Of a stretch of 64,000 nt of DNA, positions 43,856 to 59,938 are shown piece by piece. Below the pieces are notes generated by a model that was not told the origin of the DNA, made no database searches, and saw nothing but the letters and a program-made list of their open reading frames with translations. This DNA is from the human T2T-CHM13v2.0 reference genome, Homo sapiens. Where the stretch lies: assembly GCF_009914755.1 (NCBI RefSeq), contig NC_060930.1. One strand, written 5' to 3'. Within the stretch, counting starts at the first letter, position 1, and the number at the start of each line of letters is the position of its first letter. A program made the position numbers and the translations under genes.

Positions 43856-44378
43856 AAAGCAAAGGGAATCTAAATAAATTCAATGTAAATGAAAAATGGA
43901 TGTGAAAAATTACTTACAGTGCTGTGGAGGCTAAGAAGACAGTACATATTATGACCTAGACAATCATGAATGAATTCTTTAAAGAGGTAGTCATGAAGAA
44001 AAAGTCAGGGTGCACCAGACAGAAGAAAGAGATTGTGCATTTCATGTAGAAGCAAAGTTATGAAAGTGCATCGGATGTTTTGAGAAGCAAGTACTAAGTA
44101 TGGTTGGAGATGAAGGTTTGGGGGATGTCCAGAGAATTGATACACACATGGTAAGGACCAGGTAAAAATATTTCAAATGTTCTCTGTACTATTTGATCTG
44201 TACTATTAAGTACTTTTGTGAAAACAGATGACTTGAAGTCTGAAATAGAGAAATGCCTGGACTTTCAGGGACCAGCAGAGGAATAGAGGATTGGTCTGAG
44301 AGAGAGATAACAGGTGCTTAAAGTGAATAGCAGGTATCACAAAGGGAAAATTAATTCATATGTTTTGAGAAAATAGAG

Positions 44379-44757
44379 TGTCTTAGTCTGTTTGGAGTTC
44401 TACAACAAAATGCCATAAATTGATGCATTTATAAAGAGAAAATTTGTTTGTCACAGTTATGGAGCCTGGAAAGTCTAAGATCAAAGCACTGGCAGATGCA
44501 ATGTCTGTTGAGAGGTCATCTCCTCTTTCATACATGGCACTTTCTAACTCTGTCCTCACATGGTGCAAACATGCTCCTCACAAAGGAGCAAACAAGCTCC
44601 TTTGAGCCTCTTCTATAAGAGCACCAATCTTACTCATGAGAGCTCTGCCTTTATGACCTAATCACCTCCCAAAAGCCCTGCCTCTTAATACCATCACATT
44701 GGGGATCCATTTTCAACACATGAATTTTAGGGGGACACACATATTCAGACCATAGCA
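44379..44757 (-). mobile_element. MLT1A-like MaLR solo LTR
   Basis: 'tgtcttagtctgtttgg...tattcagaccatagca' with TSD tagag/taggg. Confidence 0.85.
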
Positions 44758-45578
44758 TAGGGTCAATGTTTTTTGTTTCTTTTTTGTTTTGTTATATTTT
44801 GTTTTGGCACCACATATAGGATAATGAGAAGAGGAGCATACTTCTTGAGAAGCACAGGTAAAGAGAGGAAACCACTATCAAGAAAATAGAAGGAGTTATT
44901 TGAATAACGTGGTGGACCAGAAGAAAAACCTCAGTTGAAAAAATGTTGCATCACTTTTCCAAATTTCAGTTCTTCAGGTAAAACAATGACATTTTTACCA
45001 TGTCTTTATACCACTTGCACTTTTATTTACTTAATATTTTTCTTCATATTATTGCTATTTTTGCATATCTTAAAATTGAACTTTATATTATTACTATGAA
45101 TGGAATGCCAGCATTTTTCTAGTTTGCATTAAAACATATATGCAACTGCATTATCACAAGGTGGCAATGATTAAGAAAGATATTGCAAAAATCCCAGGCA
45201 AACTTTCCTCTCTATGCAAGAAAGGCCCTCAGGAGACAGAGCAACACCCCCAGGTGGAAGGAAAAGCTTCCTACTTCAGATCCCAATGCTTCTGATGTCA
45301 TTTGACCTGTATACGGATCCCATCAAAGGTGCAAAAAGTTCACTTTGACATTTGCAAAGTGGGGTTTCTACTTTTCAGCTATCTTCCAACTGCTTTGAGG
45401 ACTAGTCACTTTGGCAAGTCAGTGATAACAACATCAAGGGCACTGGCGAGTTTTCCCTCAGAGGTGAAATTCCCATATTTACCCTTCCTCTAGGATTCCC
45501 AGATAGGTATTGTCCTGTATGTCACAAAGCTAGATATAAATAAAGATGATGTCCAAAACTGATAACGAACCTAAACTC

Positions 45579-45625
45579 AGAGAGAGAGACAGACAGAGAG
45601 AGAGTGAGAGAGAGAGAAGAGAAAG
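45579..45625 (+). repeat. Imperfect (AG)n microsatellite
   Basis: agagagagagacagacagagagagagtgagagagagaag. Confidence 0.9.
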
Positions 45626-47774
45626 ACAAGTGCATGAGAGAGCTGGCACTTTTGGATTACTTTCTGAAAAGCAGTGCTAGCTTGTTTGAAGAGAACTACA
45701 TCATTAAAAAGCACTACATTAGTTAGAGCAGGTTTATTCTTAAGAGCTTCATATCCTAGGGAAACCTTCATAGTAAATTTACAACTTTGGATTACATAAT
45801 TTAAAACATCTGTCGTTTTCTTTTTTATCCATGGCTTAAAAAACAACGGACTTATTTCACCTACTTATTTTTAACAAAAGGCTTATTTTAAACAAAGAAG
45901 TTTAATAAAATCTTTAAGTGTTGATGTCAGTATTGTTTTGTAATTATGAATATGACCAAAATTATTTTCATTTCTCAGTTATCCATACTGGAAGATAGGC
46001 AAGTTTAGATAAAATCTGCTCTCCAAAACACAAGGCCCTCCTAACATTTGGGAAGCATTGGCTGCAACTGAAGGCCATAGGCCTGGGACAAAAAATTTCA
46101 CTGTTTGACTGGTGAGGATTTTAGGTTATTGTTGAACTTCTTCAAACTGTATGCAAAGTATTAGGCAAAATTATTAGGCAAATTATTGACATATTGTTTT
46201 CTCAAATTAGAATACACAACTTTCAACAGAATTGAAAATTGACTTGTGAATAACATACATATACTTATCTATGTAAAATGAAAGAGAGCTCACTCCTCCT
46301 TACAGATTACTTTCTGCAAATATAACTGATCTAAATATGGGAAATGGTAAAATTTGTAGGTATCTGAAGTTGGATTGTGAATCGACATATATACCCTATA
46401 ATTCATCATATAATAAGTTGATTTAGATTTTATTTTATGTAAGTTTTTAGAAGATCACCTGTTTCGATTCGAAAATTTAATCCCCAACTTTGTCTAGGTA
46501 GCACATTTCAGGACAGCCCTGCGAAATGGTATTTTAGTTGATGTTGACATGTATGTACTATTTTCTATAGTTAATGAATTAAAATGGAATATTCTTTTGT
46601 CTGCCTTATTCACTCCTTTTTGCAGTTTTCTCAAGGACATTCTAAGAGAACTAAAAATCGGTACTGGAATACTGGTATTAGATCATCAGAACACGGTCCT
46701 CTGAGAATCTCAATAGGCTATGAATATTATCAAGTGCCCTTGAGTCAGTCATCTCATACAAATGAATTAGAAATGAATTTGTCACTACTTCCCCAATTAG
46801 AGTAGATATTCAAGGATTGATTGCAAAATTATGAGAATAGAAATCCAGTTTTTGTGTAGTACAGCTGCAAATAGTTTATTTTAAGATTTCTGTCCCTGGA
46901 GATACTCCTCATGCCTTTTCTATTATTTCTTTTTTCTCAATAATGATTTAGTTCATCACCTTCAAAGCAATTTGACCTTTGCTACCTCCACCCGCCATTG
47001 TTATCTGTCCCAAACTCAAGTAAGAAATAGAAGCAAAAGATGCACTATAGAAAAGGCAGTGAACTGTAAATTTCTCCTATCATTTGGTGGAGACCTCTCT
47101 TGCTGTGAAACTGACCTTCTTTTTTTCCCATTAAAAACTCTATTATAATGTTCCTTAAAGAACTTTCAAAGCATTTAGTTGATAGTAGTTATGAGTTTGC
47201 TATAATGTAGAATAGGAGATTTAATATTGCATTGATTTTTTATTACAGCTTTTGACATTCCTAAAACACTAAATGTTTGATGTTTAGAAGTTTACTATAA
47301 AATATCCAGTTTACGTGAACCAGGGTATCATTTTATATTAAATTACATCCTCTTTCATTGAAACTCATAAGAAGTAATAACATAAAAATTTATTAATCTG
47401 GACCTTTGCAATAGGTATAAAATTCATTTGTGTGCATCCAGTTTCTCCCATTTTGATCTATTCCACAGATGACTGCCAGATTAAGTGTTCTAAAGCCACT
47501 TGGATTCTGAGTCCACAGATCACAGGCCTTCAGATTCTTCACATAATTAAAATGAAAATTTAAAATAACTTCAAAGACCTTCCAGGATGTAACCCTACTG
47601 TAATTTCTAAAACCTTTCTCATCACTCTGCTAATTATTACTACCCCTTATGCGCTGGCACAACCCCAGCTCCCAATTTTTTCCCACAGATATCAGCGCAC
47701 ATTTGTCTACTCTATCTCAGTTGCTCTCTTGCTCATGGTCAAATTGTAGGTCTCACTTTTCTGACCATAGGTGA

Positions 47775-48025
<251 letters not shown>

Positions 48026-48194
48026 AACTTAATTTGCCGTTTCCTAAAAGAAATTTTAGCATGGCATGTTACTCATGTCGACAACTTCAATTTTCTGAAA
48101 ATACTATTTTAGAATATATTTTATTCCTTTAAAATTAGACTTTAGTCAAAATTAGAAATCATACCCTTAAAGTACAGGTAAACTTAATATAAAC

Positions 48195-51100
48195 TTTGAT
48201 TGTGGTGGATAAGCTTTTTGATGTGCTGCTCGATTTGGTTTGCCAGTGTTGTTTTGAGGATTTTTGCATCGATGTTCATCAGCAATATTGGCCTGAAATT
48301 TTCTTTTTTTGTTGTATCTCTGCCAGGTTTTGGAATCAGGATGATGCTGGCAGGTTTTGGAATCAGGATGATGCTGGCAGGTTTTGGAATCAGGATGATG
48401 CTGGCCTCATAAAATGAGTTAGGGAAGAGTCCCTCTTTTTCTATTGTTTGGAATAGTTTCAGAAGGAATGGTACCAGTTCCTCTTTGTACCTCTGGTAGA
48501 ATTTGCCTGTGAATCTGTCTGGTCCTGGGCTTATTTTTCATTGGTAGGTTATTAATTACTGCCTCAATTTCAGAACTTATTATTGGTCTGTTCCAGGATT
48601 TGACTTCTTCTTGATTTAGTATTGGGAGGGTGTATATGTCCAGGAATTTAATCATTTCTTCTAGATTTTCTAGTTTATTTGCGTAGAGGTGTTTATAGTA
48701 TTCTCTGATGGTAGTTTGTATTTCTGTGGGGTCAGTGGTGATATCCACTTTATCATTTTGTACTGTGTCTATTTGATTCTTCCCCCTTTTCTTCATTATT
48801 AGTCTAGTTAGCAGTTTATCTATTTTTCTAATTTTTTCAGTAAACCAACTCCTGGATTCATCGATTTTTTGAAAAGTTTTTCATGTCTCTATCTCCTTCA
48901 ATTCTGCTCTGACTTTAGTTATTTCTTGTCTTCTTCTAGCTTTTGAATTTGTTTGCTCTTGCTTCTCTAGTTCTTTTAATTGTGATGTTAGGGTGTTGAT
49001 TTAAGATGTTTCGTGCTTTCTGATGTGGGCATTTACTGCTATAAATTTCCCTCTAAACACTGCTTTAGCTGTGTCCAAGAGATTCTGGTACATTGTCTCT
49101 TTGTTCTCATTGATTTCAAAGAACTTCATTATTTCTGTCTAATTTTGTTATTTACACAGTGGTCATTCAGGAGCAGGTTGTTCAGTTTCCATGTAGTTGT
49201 GTAGTTTATAGTGCGTTTCTTAGTCCTGAGTTGTAACTTGGTTGCACGTGGTCTGAGAGGCTGTTTGTTATGATTTCCATTATTTTATATTTGCTGAGGA
49301 GTGTGCTACTTCCAATTATGTGGTCAATTTTAGAATAAGTGCTATGCAGTGCTGAGAAGAATATATATTCTGTTGATTTGTGGTGGAGTGTTATGTAGAT
49401 ATCTATTAGGTCTGCTTGGTCCAGAGGTCAGTTCAAGTCCTGAATATCCTTGTTAATTTTCTGTCTCAATCTGTCTAATATTGACAGTGGGGTGTTAATG
49501 TCTCCCACTATTGTTGTCTGGGAGTCTAAGTCTCTTTGTAGGTCACTAGAGTCTAAATCTCTTTGTAGGTCTGTAAGAACTTGCTTTATGGATGTGGCTG
49601 CTCCTTTATTGGGTGCATATATATTTACAACAGTTAGCTCTTCTTGTTGCATTGATCCCTTTACTTTGTTACATTGATGCCATTCTTTGTGTTTTGGTCT
49701 TTATTGGTTTAAAGTCTGTTTTATCAGAGACTAGGATTGCAATCCCTGCTTTTTTGGTTTCCATTTCCATTTCCATTTGCTTTCCATTTCCATCCCTTTA
49801 TTTTGAGCCTGTGTGTGTCTTTGCACATGGGTTGGGTCTCCTAAATACAGCACACCGATGAGTTGTGACTATTCATCCAATTTGCCAGTCTTTGACTTTT
49901 ATCTGGGGAATTTAACCCATTTATATTTAAGGTTAATATTGTTATGTGTGAATTTGATCTTGTCATCATGATGCTAGCTGATTATTTTGCAAATTAGTTG
50001 ATGTAGTTCTTCATAGTGTTCTTGTTCTTTATACTTTGGTGTGTTTTGCAGTGGCTGTTACTGTTTTTTCCTTTCCATATTTAGTGCTTCCTTCAGGAGC
50101 TCTTGTAAGCCAGGACTAGTGGTGACAAAATCCCTCAGCATTTGCTTGTCTGTAAAATATTTTATTTCTCCTTCACTTATGAAACTTAGTTGGCTTCATC
50201 CCTGGGATGCAGGGCTGGTTCAACATACACAAATCAATACACATAATCCACCACATAAACAGAACCAATGACAAAAAACCACATGATTATCTCAATAGAT
50301 TCAGAAAAGGCCTTCAATAAAATACAACACCACTTCATGCTAAAAACTCTCAATAAACTAGGTATTGATGGAACATACTCAAATAATAAGAGCTATTTAT
50401 GAAAAACCCACAGCCAACATCATATCAAATGGGCAAAATCTGAAGCATTCCCATTGAAAACCGGCAAAAGAAAAGAATGCCCTCTCTCACCACTTCTATT
50501 CAACATAGAATTGGAAGCTCTGGCCAGGGCAATCAAGCAAGAGAAAGAAATACAAGGTATTCAAATAGGAAGAGAGGAAGTCAAATTGTCTCTGTTTGCA
50601 GAAGACATGATTGTATATTTAGAAAACCCCATTGTCTCAGCCCAAAATCTCCTTAAGCTGATAAGCAAATTCAGCGAAGTCTCAGGATACAAAATCAATG
50701 TGCAAAAATCACAAGGATTCCTACACATCAATAATAGACTAGCAGAGAGCCAAATCATGAGTGAACTCTCATCCACAATTGCAACAAATAAAATAAAATA
50801 CCTAGAAATACAACTTACAAGGGATGTGAAGGAACTCTTCAAGAACTACAAATCACTGCTCAAGGAAATAAGAGAGGACACAAACAAATGGAAAAAAAAT
50901 TCATGCTCATGGGTAGGAAGAATCTATATCATGAAAACGGCCATACTGCCCAAAGTAATTTATAGATCCAATGCTATTCCCATCAAACTACCATTGACTT
51001 TCTTCACAGAATTAGAAAAAAATTACTCTAAATTTCATATGAAACCAAAAAAGGGCCCTTATAGCCAAGACAATCCTAAGCAAAAGAACAAAGCTGAAGG

Positions 51101-52560
51101 CATCATGCTACCTGACTTCAACTATACTACAAGGCAACAGTACCCAAAACAGCATGGCGCTGGTACCAAAACAGATATATTGACCAATGGAACAGAACAG
51201 AGGCCTCAGAAATAATGCCACACATCTGCAACCATCTGCTCTTGGACAAACCTGACAAAAACAAGCAACAGGGAAAAGATTCCCTACTAAATAAATGGTA
51301 CTGAGAAAACTGGCTACCCATATGCAGAAAACAGAAACTGGATCCCTTCCTTACACCCTGTACAAAAATTAACTTAAGATGGATTGAATACTTAAATTTA
51401 AGACCTAAAACTGTAAAAATCCTGGAAGAAAACCTAGGCAACACCATTCAGGACATAGGCATGGGCAAAGACTTCATGACTAAAACACCAAAAGCAATCA
51501 CAACAAAAGCCAAAATTGACAAATGGGATCTAATCAAACTAAAGAGTTTCTACTCAGCAAAATAAAATATCATCAGAGTGAACAGGCAACCTAAAACATG
51601 GGAGAAAATTTTTGTAATCTATCCTTCTGACAAAGGTCTAATATCCAGAATCTACAAGGAACTTAAACAAATTTACAAGAAAAAAACAAACAACCTCATC
51701 GAAAAGTGGGCAAAGGATATGAACAGACACTTCTCAAAAGATTACAGGTATGTGGCCAACAAACATGAAAAAAAGCTCATCATCACTGGTCATTAGAGAA
51801 ATGCAAATCAAAACCATAATGAGATATCACTTCCTGCCAGTTAGAATGGCGATCATTAAAAAGTCTGGAAACAACAGATGTTGGTGAGGATGCAGAGAAA
51901 TAGGAAAGCTTTTGCATGGTTGGTGGGAGTGTAAATTAGTTCAACCATTGTGGAGGACAGTATGGTGATTCCTCAAGGATCTAGAACCAGAAATACCATT
52001 TGACTCAGTAATCCCATTTCTGGGCATATACCCAAAGGATTATAAATCATTCTACTACAGAGACACATGTACATGTATGTTTATTTCAGCACTATTTACA
52101 ATAGAAAGACTTGGAACCAAGCCAAATGCCCATCAATCATAGACTGGATAAAGGAAATGTGACACATATAAACCATGGAACACTATGCACCCATAAAAAA
52201 GAATGAGTTCATGTCCTTTGCAGGGACATGGATGTAGCTGGAAACCATCATCCTCAGCAAACTAACGCAGGAACAGAAAACCAAACACAGCATGTTCTCA
52301 CTCATAAGTGGGAGCTGAACAGTGAAAACACAGGGACACAGGGAGGGTAACATCACACACGGGGGCCTGTCTTAGGGTTAGGGGAAAGAGGAGGGTGAGC
52401 ATTAGGACAAATACCTAATGAATGCAGAGCTTAAAACCTAGATGATGAGTTGTTAGATGCAGCAAACCACCATGGCACACGTATACCTATGTAGCAAACC
52501 TGTACGTTCAGCACATGTATCCCAGAACTTAAAGTCAAATAAAATAAAACAAGAACAACA
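48195..52560 (+). mobile_element. L1PA (PA7/PA8-like) ~4.36 kb with large 5' inversion (48195-50190 minus; 50187-52560 plus)
   Basis: The minus segment covers the ORF1 3' end to ORF2 'HHDQ'. The plus segment resumes at 'agttggcttcatccctggg' (ORF 50454..51215) and runs through the 3' UTR and A-rich tail. Confidence 0.92.
48324..48404 (+). repeat. Perfect 27-bp x3 tandem repeat within L1
   Basis: (caggttttggaatcaggatgatgctgg)3. Confidence 0.97.
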
Positions 52561-52690
52561 AAAATTAGGATAGTAATACTGCTTACTCCAGAGGGTGGGT
52601 AGGAGCATTCAATAAGATAACATTATAAAGTGCTTTATGTAGTGCCCGGTACGTGTTACCTGCTCAATAAATGTTGGTTGCTATTACAGC
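52561..52690 (+). mobile_element. MIR 3' half
   Basis: 'aaaattaggatagtaatactgc...aaagtgcttt...gtgcccggtac...gctcaataaatgttggttgctatta'. Confidence 0.7.
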
Positions 52691-52928
52691 TACACTGAGT
52701 TAAAATAAAAAAAAAATTATAACCTTTGCTTTATACATACAAGTTTTGTTTATTTTGAAAGACAAATACATTGGCAAGTACTGTATTTTCTAGTACTCAA
52801 CAAAGTGCCTGGCCTAAGGTAGGTCCTTAATATGGTACATATTTACTGAATCATTGAAATTTCATATTTTGATACATTAGAAAATAATGCATCCTTACCT
52901 CAGACATTAAAAAGAGCTTCCACGTCTC

Positions 52929-53177
52929 TCAAGGAGTCAGGGAGTTCCCTTTCCGAGTCAAAGAAAGGGGTGACAGACGGCACCTGGAAAATCGGGTCAC
53001 TCCCACCCGAATACTGCGCTTTTCCGACGGGCTTAAAAAACGGCGCACCACCACGAGATTATATCTCGCACCTGGCTCGGAGGGTCCTACGCCTAGGGAG
53101 TCTCGCTGATTGCTAGCACAGCAGTCTGAGATCAAACTGTAAGGCGGCAGCGAGGCTGGGGGAGGGGCGCCCGCCAT
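52929..53177 (-). CDS. ORF0: LINE-1 antisense ORF0 protein, 82-aa variant
   Basis: ATG at 53177 in 'gcaATGg' Kozak context; protein MAGAPPPASLPPYSLISDCCASNQRDSLGVGPSEPG...TRFSRC...; both known splice donors (ccag|gtgc) are present. Confidence 0.75.
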   Translation of the reverse strand: MAGAPPPASLPPYSLISDCCASNQRDSLGVGPSEPGARYNLVVVRRFLSPSEKRSIRVGVTRFSRCRLSPLSLTRKGNSLTP

Positions 53178-53330
53178 TGCCCAGGCTTGCTTAGGTAAAC
53201 AAAGCAGCCAGGAAGCTCCAACTGGGTGGAGCCCACCACAGCTCAAGGAGGCCTGCCTGCCTCTGTAGGCTCCACCTCTGGAGGCAGGGCACAGACAAAC
53301 AAAAAGACAGCAGTAACCTCTGCAGACTTA
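53120..53330 (-). promoter_or_regulatory. L1 antisense promoter region
   Basis: Corresponds to ~nt 400-600 of the L1 5' UTR, CpG-containing with SOX-type 'aacaaa' sites. Activity cannot be shown from sequence. Confidence 0.6.
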
Positions 53331-53631
53331 AATGTCCCTGTCTGACAGCTTTGAAGAGAGCAGTAGTTCTCCCAGCACGCAGCTGGAGATCTGAGAATGG
53401 GCAGACTGCCTCCTCAAGTGGGTCCCTGACCCCTGACCCCCGAGCAGCCTAACTGGGAGGCACCCCCCAGCAGGGGCACACTGACACCTCACACGGCAGG
53501 GCATTCCAACAGACCTGCAGCTGAGGTCCTCTCTGTTAGAAGGAAAACTAACAAACAGAAAGGACATCCACACCAAAAACCCATCTGTACATCACCATCA
53601 TCAAAGACCAAAAGTAGATAAAACCACAAAG

Positions 53632-54648
53632 ATGGGGAGAAAACAGAACAGAAAAACTGGAAACTCTAAAAAGCAGAGCGCCTCTCCTCCTCCAAAGGAA
53701 CGCAGCTCCTCACCAGCAACGGAACAAAGCTGGATGGAGAATGACTTTGACAAGCTGAGAGAAGAAGGCTTCAGATGATCAAATTACTCTGAGCTATGGG
53801 AGGACATTCAAACCAAAGGCAAAGAAGTTGAAAACTTTGAAAAAAATTTGGAAGAATGTATAACTAGAATAACCAATACAGCGAAGTGCTTAAAGGAGCT
53901 GATGGAGCTGAAAACCAAGGCTCGAGAACTATGTGAAGAATGCAGAAGCCACAGGAGCCAATGTGATCAACTGGAAGAAAGGGTATCAGCAATGGAAGAT
54001 GAAATGAATGAAATGAAGCGAGAAGGGAAGTTTAGAGAAAAAAGAATAAAAAGAAATGAACAAAGCCTCCAAGAAATATGGGACTATGTGAAAAGACCAA
54101 ATCTACGTCTGATTGGTGTACCTGAAAGTGATGGGGAGAATGGAACCAAGTGGGAAAACACTCTGCAGGATATTATCCAGGAGAACTTCCCCAATCTATC
54201 AAGGCAGGCCAACGTTCAGATTCAGGAAATACAGAGAACGCCACAAAGATACTCCTCGAGAAGAGCAACTCCAAGACACATAATTGTCAGATTCACCAAA
54301 GTTGAAATGAAGGAAAAAATGTGAAGGGCAGCCAGAGAGAAAGGTCGGGTTACCCTCAAAGGGAAGCCCATCAGACTAACAGCGGATCTCTCGGCAGAAA
54401 CCCTACAAGCCAGAAGAGAGTGGGGGCCAATATTCAACATTCTTAAAGAAAAGAATTTTCAACCCAGAATTTCATATCCAGCCAAACTAAGCTTCATAAG
54501 TGAAGGAGAAATAAAATCCTTTACAGACAAGCAAATGCTGAGAGATTTTGTCACCACCAGGCCTGCCCTAAAAGAGCTCCTGAAGGAAGCACTAAACATG
54601 GAAAGGAACAACTAGTACCAGCCACTGCAAAATCATGCCAAAATGTAA
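53632..54648 (+). pseudogene. ORF1: L1 ORF1p (RNA-binding chaperone), disrupted
   Basis: ATG at 53632 to TAA at 54646-48 with no frameshift. In-frame stops at codon 49 (TGA 53776-78), 231 (TGA 54322-24) and 328 (TAG 54613-15). Confidence 0.95.
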
Positions 54649-54696
54649 AGACCATCGAGACTAGGAAGAAACTGCATCAACTAACGAGCAAAATAA

Positions 54697-58539
<3,843 letters not shown>

Positions 58540-58594
58540 ACAATGAGATCACATGGACACAGGAAGGGGAATATCACACTCTGGGGACTGTTGT

Positions 58595-58616
58595 GGGGTG
58601 GGGGGAGGGGGGAGGG
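58595..58616 (+). other. L1 3' UTR G-rich tract (G-quadruplex motif)
   Basis: ggggtggggggaggggggaggg. Confidence 0.8.
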
Positions 58617-58801
58617 ATAGCATCGGGAGATATACCTAATGCTAGATGACGAGTTAGTGGGTGCTGCGCACCAGCGTGGCACATGTATACATATGTAACT
58701 AACCTGCACAATGTGCACATGTACCCTAAAACTTAAAGTATAATAAAAAAAAAAATTGAAAAAAAAAAAAAGAGCTTCCACGTCTGTGTATTTATCTCTG
58801 T

Positions 58802-58865
58802 ATGTGTGAGAGAGTTTGTATCTGTTTGCGAGTGTGTGTGTGTGTGTCTGTGGGTGTGTGCGTGC
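58802..58865 (+). repeat. Imperfect (TG)n microsatellite
   Basis: gtgtgtgtgtgtgtgtctgtgggtgtgtgcgtg. Confidence 0.85.
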
Positions 58866-59013
58866 ACATCTCTACAAGTTTAAGAGTGTTTGTATGTGTA
58901 TCTTCTTCAATTGTGAGACTGTACTGGTCTTTCTGGCTCCTGTTCCAGTTTCTACTCTTCGAATATCTGTGTCTATTGCTGTCTCTATGCATGTGTCCAA
59001 TCTATCTGGGCTT

Positions 59014-59016
<3 letters not shown>

Positions 59017-59057
<41 letters not shown>
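59017..59057. repeat. (AT)~20 microsatellite
   Basis: Uninterrupted atatat... run. Confidence 0.97.
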
Positions 59058-59058
<1 letters not shown>

Positions 59059-59938
59059 TAATAATGAGAGGAGTTGATTTAAACTATATTTAAATTTCCT
59101 CTTCCCTCTACACTCTGAGATTCTATGAATTAGATATTCCTTTCTCCTTTTTGTTTTCCTTGGATTTGCTTATCTTTTCCACAGGATACTAAGGCATTGA
59201 CTATCTTACTAATACAATCATAGTAGAAAGAATAGACACAGATTTTTTTAAAAATCTGCTTAATAAAAAGGTAATGATGCATGAGTAAAGTTATATTTTA
59301 CAACTCCTTATTTCAAAGTTTGCTTTGAACGTAGATTATTAACATATTGCTATTACCAGCTAGCTACTGAATAAGGAAAGACAGAAACTGATGATAAAAT
59401 TATTTCATTAAAGTGGGATTTGATTTTAATCTGAATGTCAAGTGTATAGATACAGGCTTAGAGCAAATCTGGGCTGTTTGGCAGTTGCAGTATCTACGAC
59501 TTTGCTCATCCCTCTGGACTTTTTTTTTCTCTTCTACTCTGTACCATTATTGATTTCCTCACAACTTTACATAGCCTAATTATAAGCTCCTAAAGATATG
59601 AATCATGTACATATTTTAATTAAAGCTTTCAGTAAATTCAGGATGCTTCTATAGAATATCAATCATTCAAAAATAATATAAATTGCATCAATTAGCTTTA
59701 AACTTTTTAATCCTTAAAACTTTACTGATGAGCAATTTTATTTGAAGGAATTCCATTTGCTGGTAACTGAAATCAATGAATCTTATAAAATCTTGCTGCT
59801 TAATTTGAGTCCATTATTTTGGCTCTGTTTCTTCATACTAAGCCTGGGGACTCAGTCTTCTCTTTAGATATATTTTCATTTGCCTCTTGGCAAGGATTCC
59901 CAGCAATGGTACTGAGTTAGAAGACTTAGAACATCCCT

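Noticed and set aside
48324-48404. CRISPR-like array
   Set aside because: Head-to-tail repeats with no spacers, inside a primate L1.
58741-58785. 3' transduction in the L1PA2 tail
   Set aside because: Only a 'ttg' interruption in the poly-A; the TSD follows directly.
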